Source: a virus (lineage: Duplodnaviria; Caudoviricetes). Taken from it: a DNA stretch of 64,000 nucleotides. The translations under genes and the position numbers were made by a program. Under the pieces are notes generated by a model. That model searched no databases. It worked only from the letters and a program-made list of their open reading frames with translations, and was not told where the DNA came from. Shown piece by piece: positions 1-10,300 of the stretch. Location of the stretch: the IMG/VR virus record IMGVR_UViG_3300037851_000671, positions 64,001 through 128,000 of that record; one strand, written 5' to 3'. How positions within the stretch are numbered: position 1 is the first letter of the stretch; every line of letters begins with the position of its first letter.

Positions 1-11
1 CATATGCTGAG

Positions 12-653
12 TTGTTTAGTACAATAATGTTTGCAATAGGTATATATGGCGTTGCGGCAATGACAAGTGCATTCATCAATTCACTTACCCACATGCAAAC
101 AGATATTAACGGTTTGAAATCCAAGCTTGAAGAAATGATTGGTTTGGTTGAGAAGCAGAGAGCAGATGGTTTTGGCCAGTTTGAATCTATTTTCAATGAC
201 TGGGAAAAAAGCGCAAAGACAACGGTTAGGTTGATTGATGGCGTGTTGCAAACTCCAAAAGACAAGATGGACAAAAGCCAGATTGAAAATGCAACTAAAT
301 TTTTGGAAGCGGCCCAGCAAACACTATACTCTAGCGGAGCTGTGCTTGGTGCTCTAAAACAAATGCAAGGTTTATTCAGTGGTGTTGGAGAATTGATTCA
401 TGGCATCAGTTTGAACTTTGGGTTTGATCTGACACGTTGGGAGGCTTTCAATGCCGCCACAGGACAGGTATCAGGTTCTTTGTCTTTGGTTATAAAGCAG
501 GTTGAAACGGCTCTAAAGAACGCTTCTGAGGTTGGCAAAAAAGCACATATGGAAGCGGCTGAAAAAGGACCAACACAAGAACAATTAGCTTACAAACAAC
601 CAAAACCAATAACAGGAACGTTCGCAGATCTTGCACTACTAAACGTTGGGTAA
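12..653 (+). CDS. Hypothetical alpha-helical protein, probably 5'-truncated by the window edge
   Basis: 213-aa ORF from a TTG. The frame is open back to base 3 (TAT GCT GAG TTG), so the true start may be outside the window. No family motif recognised. Confidence 0.6.
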   Translation: MFSTIMFAIGIYGVAAMTSAFINSLTHMQTDINGLKSKLEEMIGLVEKQRADGFGQFESIFNDWEKSAKTTVRLIDGVLQTPKDKMDKSQIENATKFLEAAQQTLYSSGAVLGALKQMQGLFSGVGELIHGISLNFGFDLTRWEAFNAATGQVSGSLSLVIKQVETALKNASEVGKKAHMEAAEKGPTQEQLAYKQPKPITGTFADLALLNVG

Positions 654-656
654 TCC

Positions 657-1190
657 ATGAAAGAGGTACATACCAAAGGTATCCCACATAGAAAGCTTAG
701 GCCCATCATTCAGGATTTCAAAGACAAAATCCGAAACAATGATGTGGTCAAAGACATGTTCAAAGAGCATGGCGTAAGCATGGATGAACTTGATCTTGTG
801 CCGATGTGTTTTGCTCATATACCTGTCACGGCTCGTACAGATCATGGCGTCATCTATCTAAACGTTGACATGTTAAAAGATGGAAATATAGAAGACAAGG
901 ATGACCATTTCATTGTCCATGAGATGACCCATTACCTTCAACAAACAAATGGCACCAAGCCCACGCCAGGGTCAACAGATGATACCTATCTTGATAACCC
1001 TGCCGAACAAGAAAGCTTCCAGAACCAAACCAAGTACATCTCAGAAACAGACGGCCCAGAAGAGGCCAAAGAGTACGTTGATGATTTGTTGGAACACTTC
1101 GAGGTTCCTAAAAAAGACCGCAAGAAAAGAGAGAAACAACTGCTGGATTTGGCTAGATCTGTCGGTGTTGTTATGCAAAGACATGGATAA
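657..1190 (+). CDS. HExxH zinc metallopeptidase-like protein
   Basis: FIVHEMTHYLQ (HExxH) followed by a candidate third-ligand Glu in NPAEQES. Confidence 0.65.
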   Translation: MKEVHTKGIPHRKLRPIIQDFKDKIRNNDVVKDMFKEHGVSMDELDLVPMCFAHIPVTARTDHGVIYLNVDMLKDGNIEDKDDHFIVHEMTHYLQQTNGTKPTPGSTDDTYLDNPAEQESFQNQTKYISETDGPEEAKEYVDDLLEHFEVPKKDRKKREKQLLDLARSVGVVMQRHG

Positions 1191-1205
1191 TCTTGCATAC
1201 AAACG

Positions 1206-2810
1206 ATGAGCTGCATTCCTGTTGTCTTCCGTAGTTTTGACTATGCATTGAGCGGTTTGAAAGCCGTTTCTCCGCGTGGTGATGGCTATACTATTGACGT
1301 TGAGTGGTACAAGTCATACGTTACTCCTCAAAATTACGAGGTTTACTACAACATCTATTACGCCACAAACAACACGGATACTTTTTCAGAGGGTATCAAG
1401 TTCATATCAAACTCCCCAAGCCTTAGCATAACCCTACGTGATGGTTTCAAGCCAGGGGACGTATACTACTTTGCTGTCAGGGCCACAGCATTTCCTCCTG
1501 GCACTTTCAACTTTGCCCTCTTGCCAGTAGCCGGGGATAACCTTGCCATCCTGCCAGAAACAGCGTTGTCGCAAAACATCTCTAGCACTGACCTACAGAT
1601 ACCAGTTATAGATGCTACAGGTTTTCCAGGGGCTGGAACTGTACAAATTGGCACTGAGATCATCGGATACTCTGCCGTTGACCTTGTGGACAACACTCTG
1701 ATACTAGCTAACCCTGGTCAAAGAGGGCTTTATGGTACACAAGCCAGGTCACATACCACAGACGGGTATGATGGATACAACTATACCGATGGTTTCGTGA
1801 GGTTTTTCTCTGGATTTGAGGATAAAAATTCTGTCATCGGTCTTGGTATAAACAAATTCTCGATGCAATACCCTCGCACCAACGCTGATGGGTACAAGGA
1901 TAGGGTTGATGTTGTGACTTCAGCCAAGAATCTAGCTGCCAATGAGACTGAGTACACAGATTTTCCGATGTTTGATTACGCCGGATACCGCAGAACGAGT
2001 CCAAAAGACCTGTTGTCAGGAAAATGCCTCGGCACTTATTTCGGAGGAGAACTTGGATGCGCCGATGGATACGATTCTCTTGGCGGTTTGCGTGGAGTTT
2101 CTGTCCAAGATCAGATGTTGCAACGTCAAGAGATGCTTTTGGAAACTGATGGCGATGATTGCATCCTGTTCAAGCGCATGTGGGAAGGAAAAGTATCCAA
2201 ACATTACGATTCAACCAAAGAGAACACTGCCTACAGAGGTTTGGACAACCATGGAACATCATTGGTTGGAGGATACTCTCAGTATTTCTATCCAAGGAAC
2301 TCAAGTGGGCGTATCAAGGTTCGTTTTTCACCAATCAAAGAGAATTTTGAACGCCAAGAAGCTGGTTTGGAAAATGTTTTCACAGGATCTTGTTGGACAT
2401 TGGTAGTTCCAGTCCTTCAGGATGGAGATTTCATCATTCGTTTCAACAAAGACGGAACGGAAGAGTGGAGATATGAGATTTTGGACGTAGAGCGCAACAA
2501 AACTCTACTCATGGATAGCGGTTTACAGAAATTCACCGTAGCTCGTGTCAGGAAAACAGACCCAATATGCCAGGTGAGGGTAATTCGTGACACCAGCATG
2601 TTCCCTAAGGAGCTTTTGACTGGAATTGGTATGGTTGCCGGCCCCGGTGGCATTCCAGCTCACATGCACAGGATTGTTGTATCACAAGATAAAATAGTGA
2701 GCGTTTCTCAAATTAATCAAACAACATCAATCGCCCAAGGTCATACGCATGACGTAGTTGGGGGTGAAATATTAGAATCTCTTGGGCACACTCATAAAAT
2801 TACTTTGTAA
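1206..2810 (+). CDS. Neck/head-tail connector protein with N-terminal FN3-like and decoration domains and a His-rich C-terminus
   Basis: FN3-like pattern (VEWYKS..YNIYY..YYFAVRAT). Phage decoration pattern TALSQNISSTDLQIPV-GFP-GTVQIGTEII. C-terminal half (LLETDGDDCILFKR..GTSLVGGY..GDFIIR..RYEILDV) resembles myovirus head-completion proteins. Lies upstream of the tail genes. Confidence 0.55.
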   Translation: MSCIPVVFRSFDYALSGLKAVSPRGDGYTIDVEWYKSYVTPQNYEVYYNIYYATNNTDTFSEGIKFISNSPSLSITLRDGFKPGDVYYFAVRATAFPPGTFNFALLPVAGDNLAILPETALSQNISSTDLQIPVIDATGFPGAGTVQIGTEIIGYSAVDLVDNTLILANPGQRGLYGTQARSHTTDGYDGYNYTDGFVRFFSGFEDKNSVIGLGINKFSMQYPRTNADGYKDRVDVVTSAKNLAANETEYTDFPMFDYAGYRRTSPKDLLSGKCLGTYFGGELGCADGYDSLGGLRGVSVQDQMLQRQEMLLETDGDDCILFKRMWEGKVSKHYDSTKENTAYRGLDNHGTSLVGGYSQYFYPRNSSGRIKVRFSPIKENFERQEAGLENVFTGSCWTLVVPVLQDGDFIIRFNKDGTEEWRYEILDVERNKTLLMDSGLQKFTVARVRKTDPICQVRVIRDTSMFPKELLTGIGMVAGPGGIPAHMHRIVVSQDKIVSVSQINQTTSIAQGHTHDVVGGEILESLGHTHKITL

Positions 2811-3693
2811 TGACACATGTACAGTGTCAAGTATGGTAATAATGATGTATTGCCTTATGAAACGCATTGAGAGTTTATTGAACATTGACGCACAACAGCT
2901 TACAGAAGACTATAAAAATCTTGGTTCTTTGAGAGAGATTGCCAAAAAATACAAAACTAGTCACAACGCTGTTGCTGGTATGTTTACGCGATTTGGAATT
3001 GTCTATCGTTCTAGAAACTGGAAAAGAACAGATGTGAATGATTGTTTTTTTGATATGGATATGTTAGATGAGAGGTCCGCCTATTGGGCAGGTTTTATAG
3101 CAGCCGATGGTTGTGTTTACAAGAAAACTCTCAGAATATCGCTATCTGAAGAAGATTTGAGTCATCTAATCAAATTCAAAGATAATATTCAATATGCCGG
3201 TAACATATTAAAAAGCGTGAATAAACTGAGTCGTCACAATAAAAAATGGAAAAACGTTAATATGGTAACCATTAGTATAACATCAGCGCAAATAGTAGAA
3301 GCGCTTCTGTGTCTTGGTATAACAGAACGCAAAACCAAAACACTTGAATTTCCGAACTTGCCAGATCATTTAATTAAACACTTTTGCAGAGGATATTTTG
3401 ATGGTGATGGCAGCTGGTCATTTTGGAAACCGCGAACCAGACCAAATCATTCAAAACAGCTTATGTTTTGCTTGAGAGGAACCGAAAAATTCTTGAATGT
3501 GTTTAACGAAAATCTTGTTAGAGGGTGTGGTTTGGACCAAAACAAACTTAGAAAAAAAACAGACGGCGATGGAAAAACACACGTTCTAGCATACACAGGC
3601 AATATAATTTGTGAGAGAATAGCCAAATGGATGTACGATGGCTCTTCTACATATTTAGTAAGAAAATTTGAAAAAGCTCTTGGACATACTCAC
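2779..3693 (+). repeat. Imperfect 17-nt direct repeat flanking the endonuclease (2779-2795 and 3677-3693)
   Basis: CTCTTGGGCACACTCAT vs CTCTTGGACATACTCAC: 14/17 identical. All three differences are at third codon positions and both copies encode LGHTH. Confidence 0.85.
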
Positions 3694-3711
3694 ATCGGTC
3701 TTCTTATTTGA
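2857..3711 (+). mobile_element. Free-standing double-motif LAGLIDADG homing endonuclease with N-terminal helix-turn-helix
   Basis: Motifs YWAGFIAADGCV and FCRGYFDGDGSW, plus the HTH-like SLREIAKKYKTSHNAV. Visibly AT-richer than the flanking genes. Start placed at ATG 2857 (alternative 2833). Confidence 0.9.
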
Positions 3712-3738
3712 TCTAACCTAATATTTGGACATAAGGCT

Positions 3739-6700
3739 ATGGCAAGAGATAAATGGCAGGGTAGCACACGAGTTAGAGAAGGTGGATTTCTTGTAACACA
3801 TAAGCAAGATTTCCTTCTGCACGTCCAAGGTTCAGCTGACATAAGCCAGGCCAGAACCGATTGGCGTCATACTGCCGATCAAATCGACATGAACGGTCCT
3901 CTTCCCATGCCTTTTGATGCCCCAGACGTTCAGCGTACACTTGAGAAAATTGTTGATTTGGTTGGGCAAGGATTCGTTACCATCGGTGATGGTTATATGG
4001 TTGATGAATACGGCATTGGCACTGATGGCTATGCTGCTAAAGACCTGTACGATGCCTTTCAATCCGCTTTTGCCAAGAGAAGGATTGCTACCACGGGCGG
4101 AATCATTGTCGTAAAGTCTGGTGACTACATTCTAAAAACCACTGTGGTTGTTCCAGCCGGATACACCATTTTTGCCGAACCAAATGGTGCAAGAATCACT
4201 AGTGAAGTTGTTGGTGGTCCAGCTTTCAAGTTCTCGGCATCCACAGATACCATAGATATCGGAGATTCTACCAACCCAGAGGTTCAAACAAAGCAAAGCC
4301 GTATGTGGAACCTTACCATATTCGACAACAGATATGGAAACGTTGCTTTTGGTGGTCCATCAGCTCCATCTAAACCACTTGTTGAAATTGATCAAGCAGC
4401 AAACGTTTTCATTGATATGTGTATGTTTGTTGGTAGGTACCTTGCCTCTGGTGGAAGTGTAACAACCTCAGCTATTGCCGTATCTGGGGTGGCAGGGCCA
4501 TTTTACCCAACAATCTTGCATGTACACAAATCTATTTTTGATGTTGTTTCCACGGCGGTAGCATTCAACCCGATTATTACATCAACCTGTGAGTTGCGTG
4601 TAGAGCAATGCAGAGCAAGAACATTTACAACAGCAATTACAGATTCTTTTGTTCGCACCATTATCGGCAAGATATTTGTGCATAACAACTATCATATTTC
4701 TTTTACACCAACAGGATCAACGGCCGGTTCGTTCATCAATATAATGAACCCACTAATCTCTGATGCCGCTGATGGTTTTGTTAGTGTTATTGGGAACCAA
4801 GGCGGACTTAGAATACCAGACCTTGCCTCAACAAATAACATAGCAAAAAGCCATTTCATTCTTGACTCTCGCCCAACACCATGGGCTTACAAGCTATTGG
4901 ACATCGGCAATGGTTGGGGAAGCGTAAATGGAAACTCTTGGTACATTACTGTTGGTGATGGTATACACTCAACAGGAGATTTCACAGGAGTAGACGCTCT
5001 AGATCGTGTAAATGCTTTGTGTAACACCGAGTTAACTGCTTTGTTTTCAAGAACAGAGCAGGTAGTTATTGTAAACCCAGGCTCATACACAACTACCACC
5101 GCTCTAAATATAGGAAAGTTGATTGGTAACGTTTCTCCAAACGAAACACTGGGAACAAGCAAGAAAGTCATAGTTAGTCTCGGGTCAAACTCTCAGATAG
5201 CCTCTAGCGGCGTATATGACAACATGATTGGTAAGGCCGAGAACATTGATTTCTTTGCATCTGGTAATTTCCAAAGGATACGATCCGATCTTAACGGTGT
5301 TCAGGACCGAAACCTGTTCAAGAACTGCAACTTCACCGATGTAAGCATTTTGATTGACAACTATGAAGGATCTGTTGTTAGCAACTGTCATTTCACACAG
5401 ACAGGAACATACGAAGATCAAATTGGTCTCGTTGTATCTTCTGATAACCTATCTATTGTTGAGGGTTGTGTATTCGACGGCTATGGATATGCACTTTCTC
5501 AATCTTCTTGGGATGGAATGACCGTCCTGAGAGATTGCGCATTCACACAGCACTTCAACTATGACGGATATCAGAACGTAATCAGGAATATAGATCCAAT
5601 ATATGATCAGTCAGTTTACATTTCAATAGGAAACCTGACCAGCAAGACAATAATTGATAATGTTACAGTAAATAGCGGTTCATACCCAATTAGCTCCGCT
5701 ATGCTTGATATGGTTCCAAAATATATCGTTGTAAAAGGAAACGAATCAGTAGCAATTAGAAATAGTCGTTTCATGGGACCAGATCAAGTAACTTCTACTG
5801 GTCCAATTGTAAACTGCTTTGTAGCTCCCGGTATCTCTGCCACAATTACAGATAATGAATTCATGGGAGCTTTACCGCTACACATCTCTGAGTTCAATCT
5901 GGTAAATGGGTTTACTCTTGGTGGTGATTTGAATGTGTCTAACAATCAAATAAAACACTATCTTGGTACCATGACAGCCGTGGCATCTGGAATGGTTATT
6001 GACATAAGCTTGGCAGGCGGTTTGTTCTACTCAAACTGTGATGGATACGATGGTTACGATGGGTATGGTGGAGATGGTTACGATGGATACGGAACAGACG
6101 GATACATACCAGTCACCGATCCTTTCGACGGACAGTTCCCATTCAGCAGCGTGGATGTAACCAATAACAGAATCATTGGACTGTACCGTGGAGGTTTGGC
6201 GCCGGTTCAGTATGTAACATCAAGTTATACAAACCTAGCTTTATGCCAAATCTATGCACCAGGGTGGTCTGTAAACTTCAATGAGAATGAAGTGGTTTAC
6301 GCATGTGATGACAGCCCTCTTCCACCAGGAATATACAGCCAATCTGCGGTATTTATCAACAACGCCAGAGCGATGCCGATCTTTTCCAAAGCCGGGGTAA
6401 AAAACAATGGCATATATCATAAGTGTGATGGATACCAGGGACAATTCTTGAGCGGGCTATATGTCATAACCGATGTTTTGCAAGCTCAGGGCAATAACTT
6501 CCTTTCTTGGTATTGCACTAACCAAGACGTTGAGGACGGATACTTGTTTAGGGCTTATATCAGAACCGAAACACATAGAGCTGGCTCATTGATACAGAAC
6601 AATAGTTTCAATGCCAACGTTGAAAATTCAATGAGTTATCCGATATACATAGACACAACATCTGATGGTTACGGAGCCATCAGCGAAAACTATTTTGATT

Positions 6701-6810
6701 CCACTATGAGTGGTTCAATAAAAACAGGCGATGGATTTGGACACTGGCTATTGACAGACAGAAACTACGCACCAACCACAAGCGGTTACTTGGTACGTGT
6801 TGATTTCTAA
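3739..6810 (+). CDS. Neck-proximal fibre/tailspike with two tandem right-handed beta-helix modules
   Basis: Two beta-helix cap motifs (VTIGDG..GGIIVVKSGDY and ITVGDG..VIVNPGSY), Asn/Ile-rich repetitive strands, an N-terminal HxAxxI..DVQxxL linker and 13 DGY motifs. Confidence 0.65.
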   Translation: MARDKWQGSTRVREGGFLVTHKQDFLLHVQGSADISQARTDWRHTADQIDMNGPLPMPFDAPDVQRTLEKIVDLVGQGFVTIGDGYMVDEYGIGTDGYAAKDLYDAFQSAFAKRRIATTGGIIVVKSGDYILKTTVVVPAGYTIFAEPNGARITSEVVGGPAFKFSASTDTIDIGDSTNPEVQTKQSRMWNLTIFDNRYGNVAFGGPSAPSKPLVEIDQAANVFIDMCMFVGRYLASGGSVTTSAIAVSGVAGPFYPTILHVHKSIFDVVSTAVAFNPIITSTCELRVEQCRARTFTTAITDSFVRTIIGKIFVHNNYHISFTPTGSTAGSFINIMNPLISDAADGFVSVIGNQGGLRIPDLASTNNIAKSHFILDSRPTPWAYKLLDIGNGWGSVNGNSWYITVGDGIHSTGDFTGVDALDRVNALCNTELTALFSRTEQVVIVNPGSYTTTTALNIGKLIGNVSPNETLGTSKKVIVSLGSNSQIASSGVYDNMIGKAENIDFFASGNFQRIRSDLNGVQDRNLFKNCNFTDVSILIDNYEGSVVSNCHFTQTGTYEDQIGLVVSSDNLSIVEGCVFDGYGYALSQSSWDGMTVLRDCAFTQHFNYDGYQNVIRNIDPIYDQSVYISIGNLTSKTIIDNVTVNSGSYPISSAMLDMVPKYIVVKGNESVAIRNSRFMGPDQVTSTGPIVNCFVAPGISATITDNEFMGALPLHISEFNLVNGFTLGGDLNVSNNQIKHYLGTMTAVASGMVIDISLAGGLFYSNCDGYDGYDGYGGDGYDGYGTDGYIPVTDPFDGQFPFSSVDVTNNRIIGLYRGGLAPVQYVTSSYTNLALCQIYAPGWSVNFNENEVVYACDDSPLPPGIYSQSAVFINNARAMPIFSKAGVKNNGIYHKCDGYQGQFLSGLYVITDVLQAQGNNFLSWYCTNQDVEDGYLFRAYIRTETHRAGSLIQNNSFNANVENSMSYPIYIDTTSDGYGAISENYFDSTMSGSIKTGDGFGHWLLTDRNYAPTTSGYLVRVDF
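6040..6105 (+). repeat. Tandem DGY peptide array DGYDGYDGYGGDGYDGYGTDGY
   Basis: Six DGY units written with varied synonymous codons (GGA/GGT/GGG, TAC/TAT, GAT/GAC). Confidence 0.95.
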
Positions 6811-6821
6811 GGAGTGTAAGA

Positions 6822-7319
6822 ATGAATGATCAAGTTTTGAATGCGTTTTTCTCGATACAGACGGTTGTTTTCTGTGTTGTTGTTTACACAATAGTACAGA
6901 TAGTGAGAAGTACCCTTGAACGTCTGTATAAGGCACTTCACTTGAAGGTTTCTGCACACTTTGAGGAACACTTGAAGGATTTTTGGGAGCAGTGGTTCCT
7001 ACCAGGAGCACCAATCATTACCGGATTTTTGCTGGGTTGGCTTGTTTCACAATATCCGTATCCAGACCCGTTTGTAAAGACACTTGGAGGAAGGATGTTC
7101 TTTGGAATTGTCGCTGGTGGAGCTAGCGGTTACGTCTATCGTTTTTTCCGCTTCTATGTGAAGAAGTTTCTACCACCAGAGGTCAATAAGAAACTAGATT
7201 CGGTTCTTGGAACTGTTCCTAGCATTTCTCCCGACAGCACCCCTCCAACAGCAGAGGGTGAAAAACCAAACGCTGAGTCAAAAGCCGATGAAGCTCAAAA
7301 AACAAACGATAATCCGTAA
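6822..7319 (+). CDS. Small membrane protein, holin-like candidate
   Basis: About three hydrophobic segments, a basic stretch (RFFRFYVKK), a charged C-terminal tail and an AGGAG ribosome-binding site. The holin call rests on topology only. Confidence 0.4.
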   Translation: MNDQVLNAFFSIQTVVFCVVVYTIVQIVRSTLERLYKALHLKVSAHFEEHLKDFWEQWFLPGAPIITGFLLGWLVSQYPYPDPFVKTLGGRMFFGIVAGGASGYVYRFFRFYVKKFLPPEVNKKLDSVLGTVPSISPDSTPPTAEGEKPNAESKADEAQKTNDNP

Positions 7320-7328
7320 TAGGAAGTC

Positions 7329-10300
7329 ATGACAGTATATCCACAAGCCATAGATGATGACAAAACAATAATCAGAATCGATGACAACCTTTCAGATCTT
7401 GGTGGTATCTCAATCAACCAACTCAGAGAAGCTGTTTTCGCTTTGGAAAAAACCATTGGTACGATGGTTTTTGGTGCCAAGTCTTCCTTGACAGATAGGC
7501 TTGCGGTATCTCTGAATGACGATGGAACAATTCGTACAGAGGCGCTTCAAGCTGTCGGTTTGGCCACACTCCCAATCACAAATTCTCAGGTTGCACCTAA
7601 TGCCGGCATTCTTGAATCAAAACTATCTCTATCTTATTCAACCGGAGACCTGAACACTCGTTTGGTATCTCAATTGAATCAGATTAACAACCTGAATGAC
7701 CTGTTCATAGCCAACAGATCAAATCTTGGCATACACACTGCTGGCGGACAGTTTTTAGTTGATGGTTCTACTCCAGCAAGACACGTAGCCAGCCAGATAG
7801 ACATCAACGCAGTCCCATTTGACGCAAGAGATGCTGCATTTGTGTGGACAGGTATCAAGGATAAATATGGAAATCTGCGTAGCGCCACCCAGGTTTCCCA
7901 GGCCATACAACAAGTAAATGACGACCTTGTAAATCATGAGAATTTGACAACGGGCGCTCACCCGGCAACTGCCATTACAGTTGATGCAACCAAATTTACC
8001 ACAATATACGGAGCCTCAAACGTTCAACAGGCTTTGGAGTTCTTGGATGACAATGAAACCAAGTCATCTGGCATTGATAGAGCAACAATGGGCTCCAATG
8101 GTATTCCAAGAGCAGCAAGAGGACAAGCTTTCAACTTGCCTGACGGATATCACATCAACGTTGTCCCACCAACACCGGTTGTTACGTTCCTGGCCCAACC
8201 AGCACACACGGCTCCAAGAGATTCTACAACAAACGGAGATGATCTTGTCAGATTTTATCCAACTGACAATACAAACTACGTTTTTGATTCTATGTTTACC
8301 AATGTTGTGGTTGGTGATATCATAAGAATCAATTACGGAAATGGAATTGAAGGTGTATTCGAAATTGCATCGATAAGGTTGGATGCTGGCCTTGAATGGC
8401 AAGTAAGGATCAATGGCTATAACCTGGCAGATGGAGCTGGTGTTGCTAGAATTGATCGTCCACGTTTTGACACAACCACAAGAGGTGCTTTTGCTGTAGC
8501 TATGGCTCCTCCAGATGTTAATCCGGATCTTGGTTGTGCTACAAATGCTTCTAGTGTGATTGTTGGCAGCCCTCGTGGTGCTGTTGCTGTTGGTGTTGGA
8601 TTTGATCCAAACCAACTAGACAAAAATCACTATGCTTTGTATCTTAGACTATACCCAACAGGTGTTCCGTCTGTTTTTGTAGACCTCCCTGGTATAGACG
8701 TAACCGGAAACCTCGGCTCAACACCGGGACACTATAATCTTGATATTGTTGTAGAGGAAACAAACAAGCAGCTTAGGAAAGCTGGTTACAACTATCGTTT
8801 CATAGCATTTGCATCAAAGGGCGAATACGGTATTATGCTTGCTGATGCAATAAATCTAGCATCATTCAGTATTATTACTGGTACTGTTGATAACACACAG
8901 GTGGTGGTTGGATCGTATATCAGTAACGTCATCGGAGATGCTACTGACGGATATGATGCTTTGGGTCTTGGCGCAACAAGGGCAGGATACGCTTCACCAG
9001 CACAGTCAACGTATACAAACGCACAAGCCGCAGCAGGGTTCAGCACAAGAATTATTGCCCCTGTAAAAAATAGAAACGGAATTATCAACGGTGTTAGAAG
9101 AGATTTTCTTGCTAATGCTGGACAAACTGGTGTAAATGATTTCTGGACAGCTACAATAACAAATACAAATGTAGATTTTGCTGCTGGAACTGTAACTGTA
9201 CAATATACGGTTGCGGCAGATTTGGCAACACAAGAACTTGCAGTTGGTAAAACATTGGTTGTGCAGCCTGTAACAACACCTGGAACCAATGTCTCTGACT
9301 ATGGACGATTCATCATCGGGAGCGTAACATATAGTGCTGGAACAACCATCATATCTGTTATCAATGGTGTTCATGGACAGGGAACGGCCATCAGTCCAAC
9401 ACTACCTGTTGGAGCACAGGTAAGGCTTTACTTCTCCAATGATTCTGTGTCTTTTGATGGTTTGAATCTCGCTGGTAACGGTGTTGATTCAAATGATTTT
9501 CATAGATATCACGAGGTATTTGTAGATCAAGACTCAAATACATTTGCTGTTGAGAGAGCCCGTATGGAAAAGGGCGGAATGACAGCAGGAAAGCTTGATA
9601 CAAATCTTTCAGGTTGGAGAATACGTCAAGTATCTCCAAAATTGAGCGGATACAGGACAGGTTCAGGTTTCAACCACTGGGTTCGTTTTGTAATCAGCTC
9701 TTGGAACCAGACAACAGGAGAGTTTACTGGCTATCTGTGTGAACCAAGTGGAACCCTTGTAACAAAAAACAAGGGACCAGTTGTTATTGGTAAGAAAAAT
9801 CATCCAGTTAGGTTCTATGATATAAGCGGTGTAAACTTTATAGACATAGAATACCGTGAAAATGACATTTCTCCTGGTGTTGTGCTTTTGCCAGACACAA
9901 CGGCAAGATATGCTGACATAGAGCTGTTCCAAAGCATGACAACAGACGATGAGGTGTTCTTATTGGCTGGTGTAAGCCATAACGTCAAAACAATCACTGC
10001 TGTCACTGACCTTAGAGAGTTTGGAACGCTTAGTGAAAGGAATTTTACAGATTCGGCTATTCGTTTCATTGAGGCTGGAGAACGTCACCTGCATGCAAAT
10101 GGTATTGTAAGAGGTTTTGAATACCAAAGCACAGTAAGAGGTTCATTGCTATTCTTTGCCGGTGGTATGGCGGTTGTCAATGGTAAATTTGTTGCCGTTG
10201 ATGCGTTGAACGTCAAAATACCAGACATCAATACAACAAGATCTACAACTGTTCAATTCTTTATTTGTGTAACAGAGCTTGGACAGTTGAAAGCTGTTGT

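Noticed and set aside
2778-3676. Group I intron or intein interpretation of the endonuclease insertion (the repeat copies are preceded by T and by G, matching the group I splice rule)
   Set aside because: The interval is almost fully occupied by the ORF, leaving no room for a ribozyme core. The neck gene has its own stop, and no intein C-terminal HN or N-terminal Cys/Ser junction is present.
6040-6105. DGY array as a CRISPR or simple DNA microsatellite
   Set aside because: The 9-nt units vary at synonymous positions, lie in frame inside a gene and have no unique spacers.
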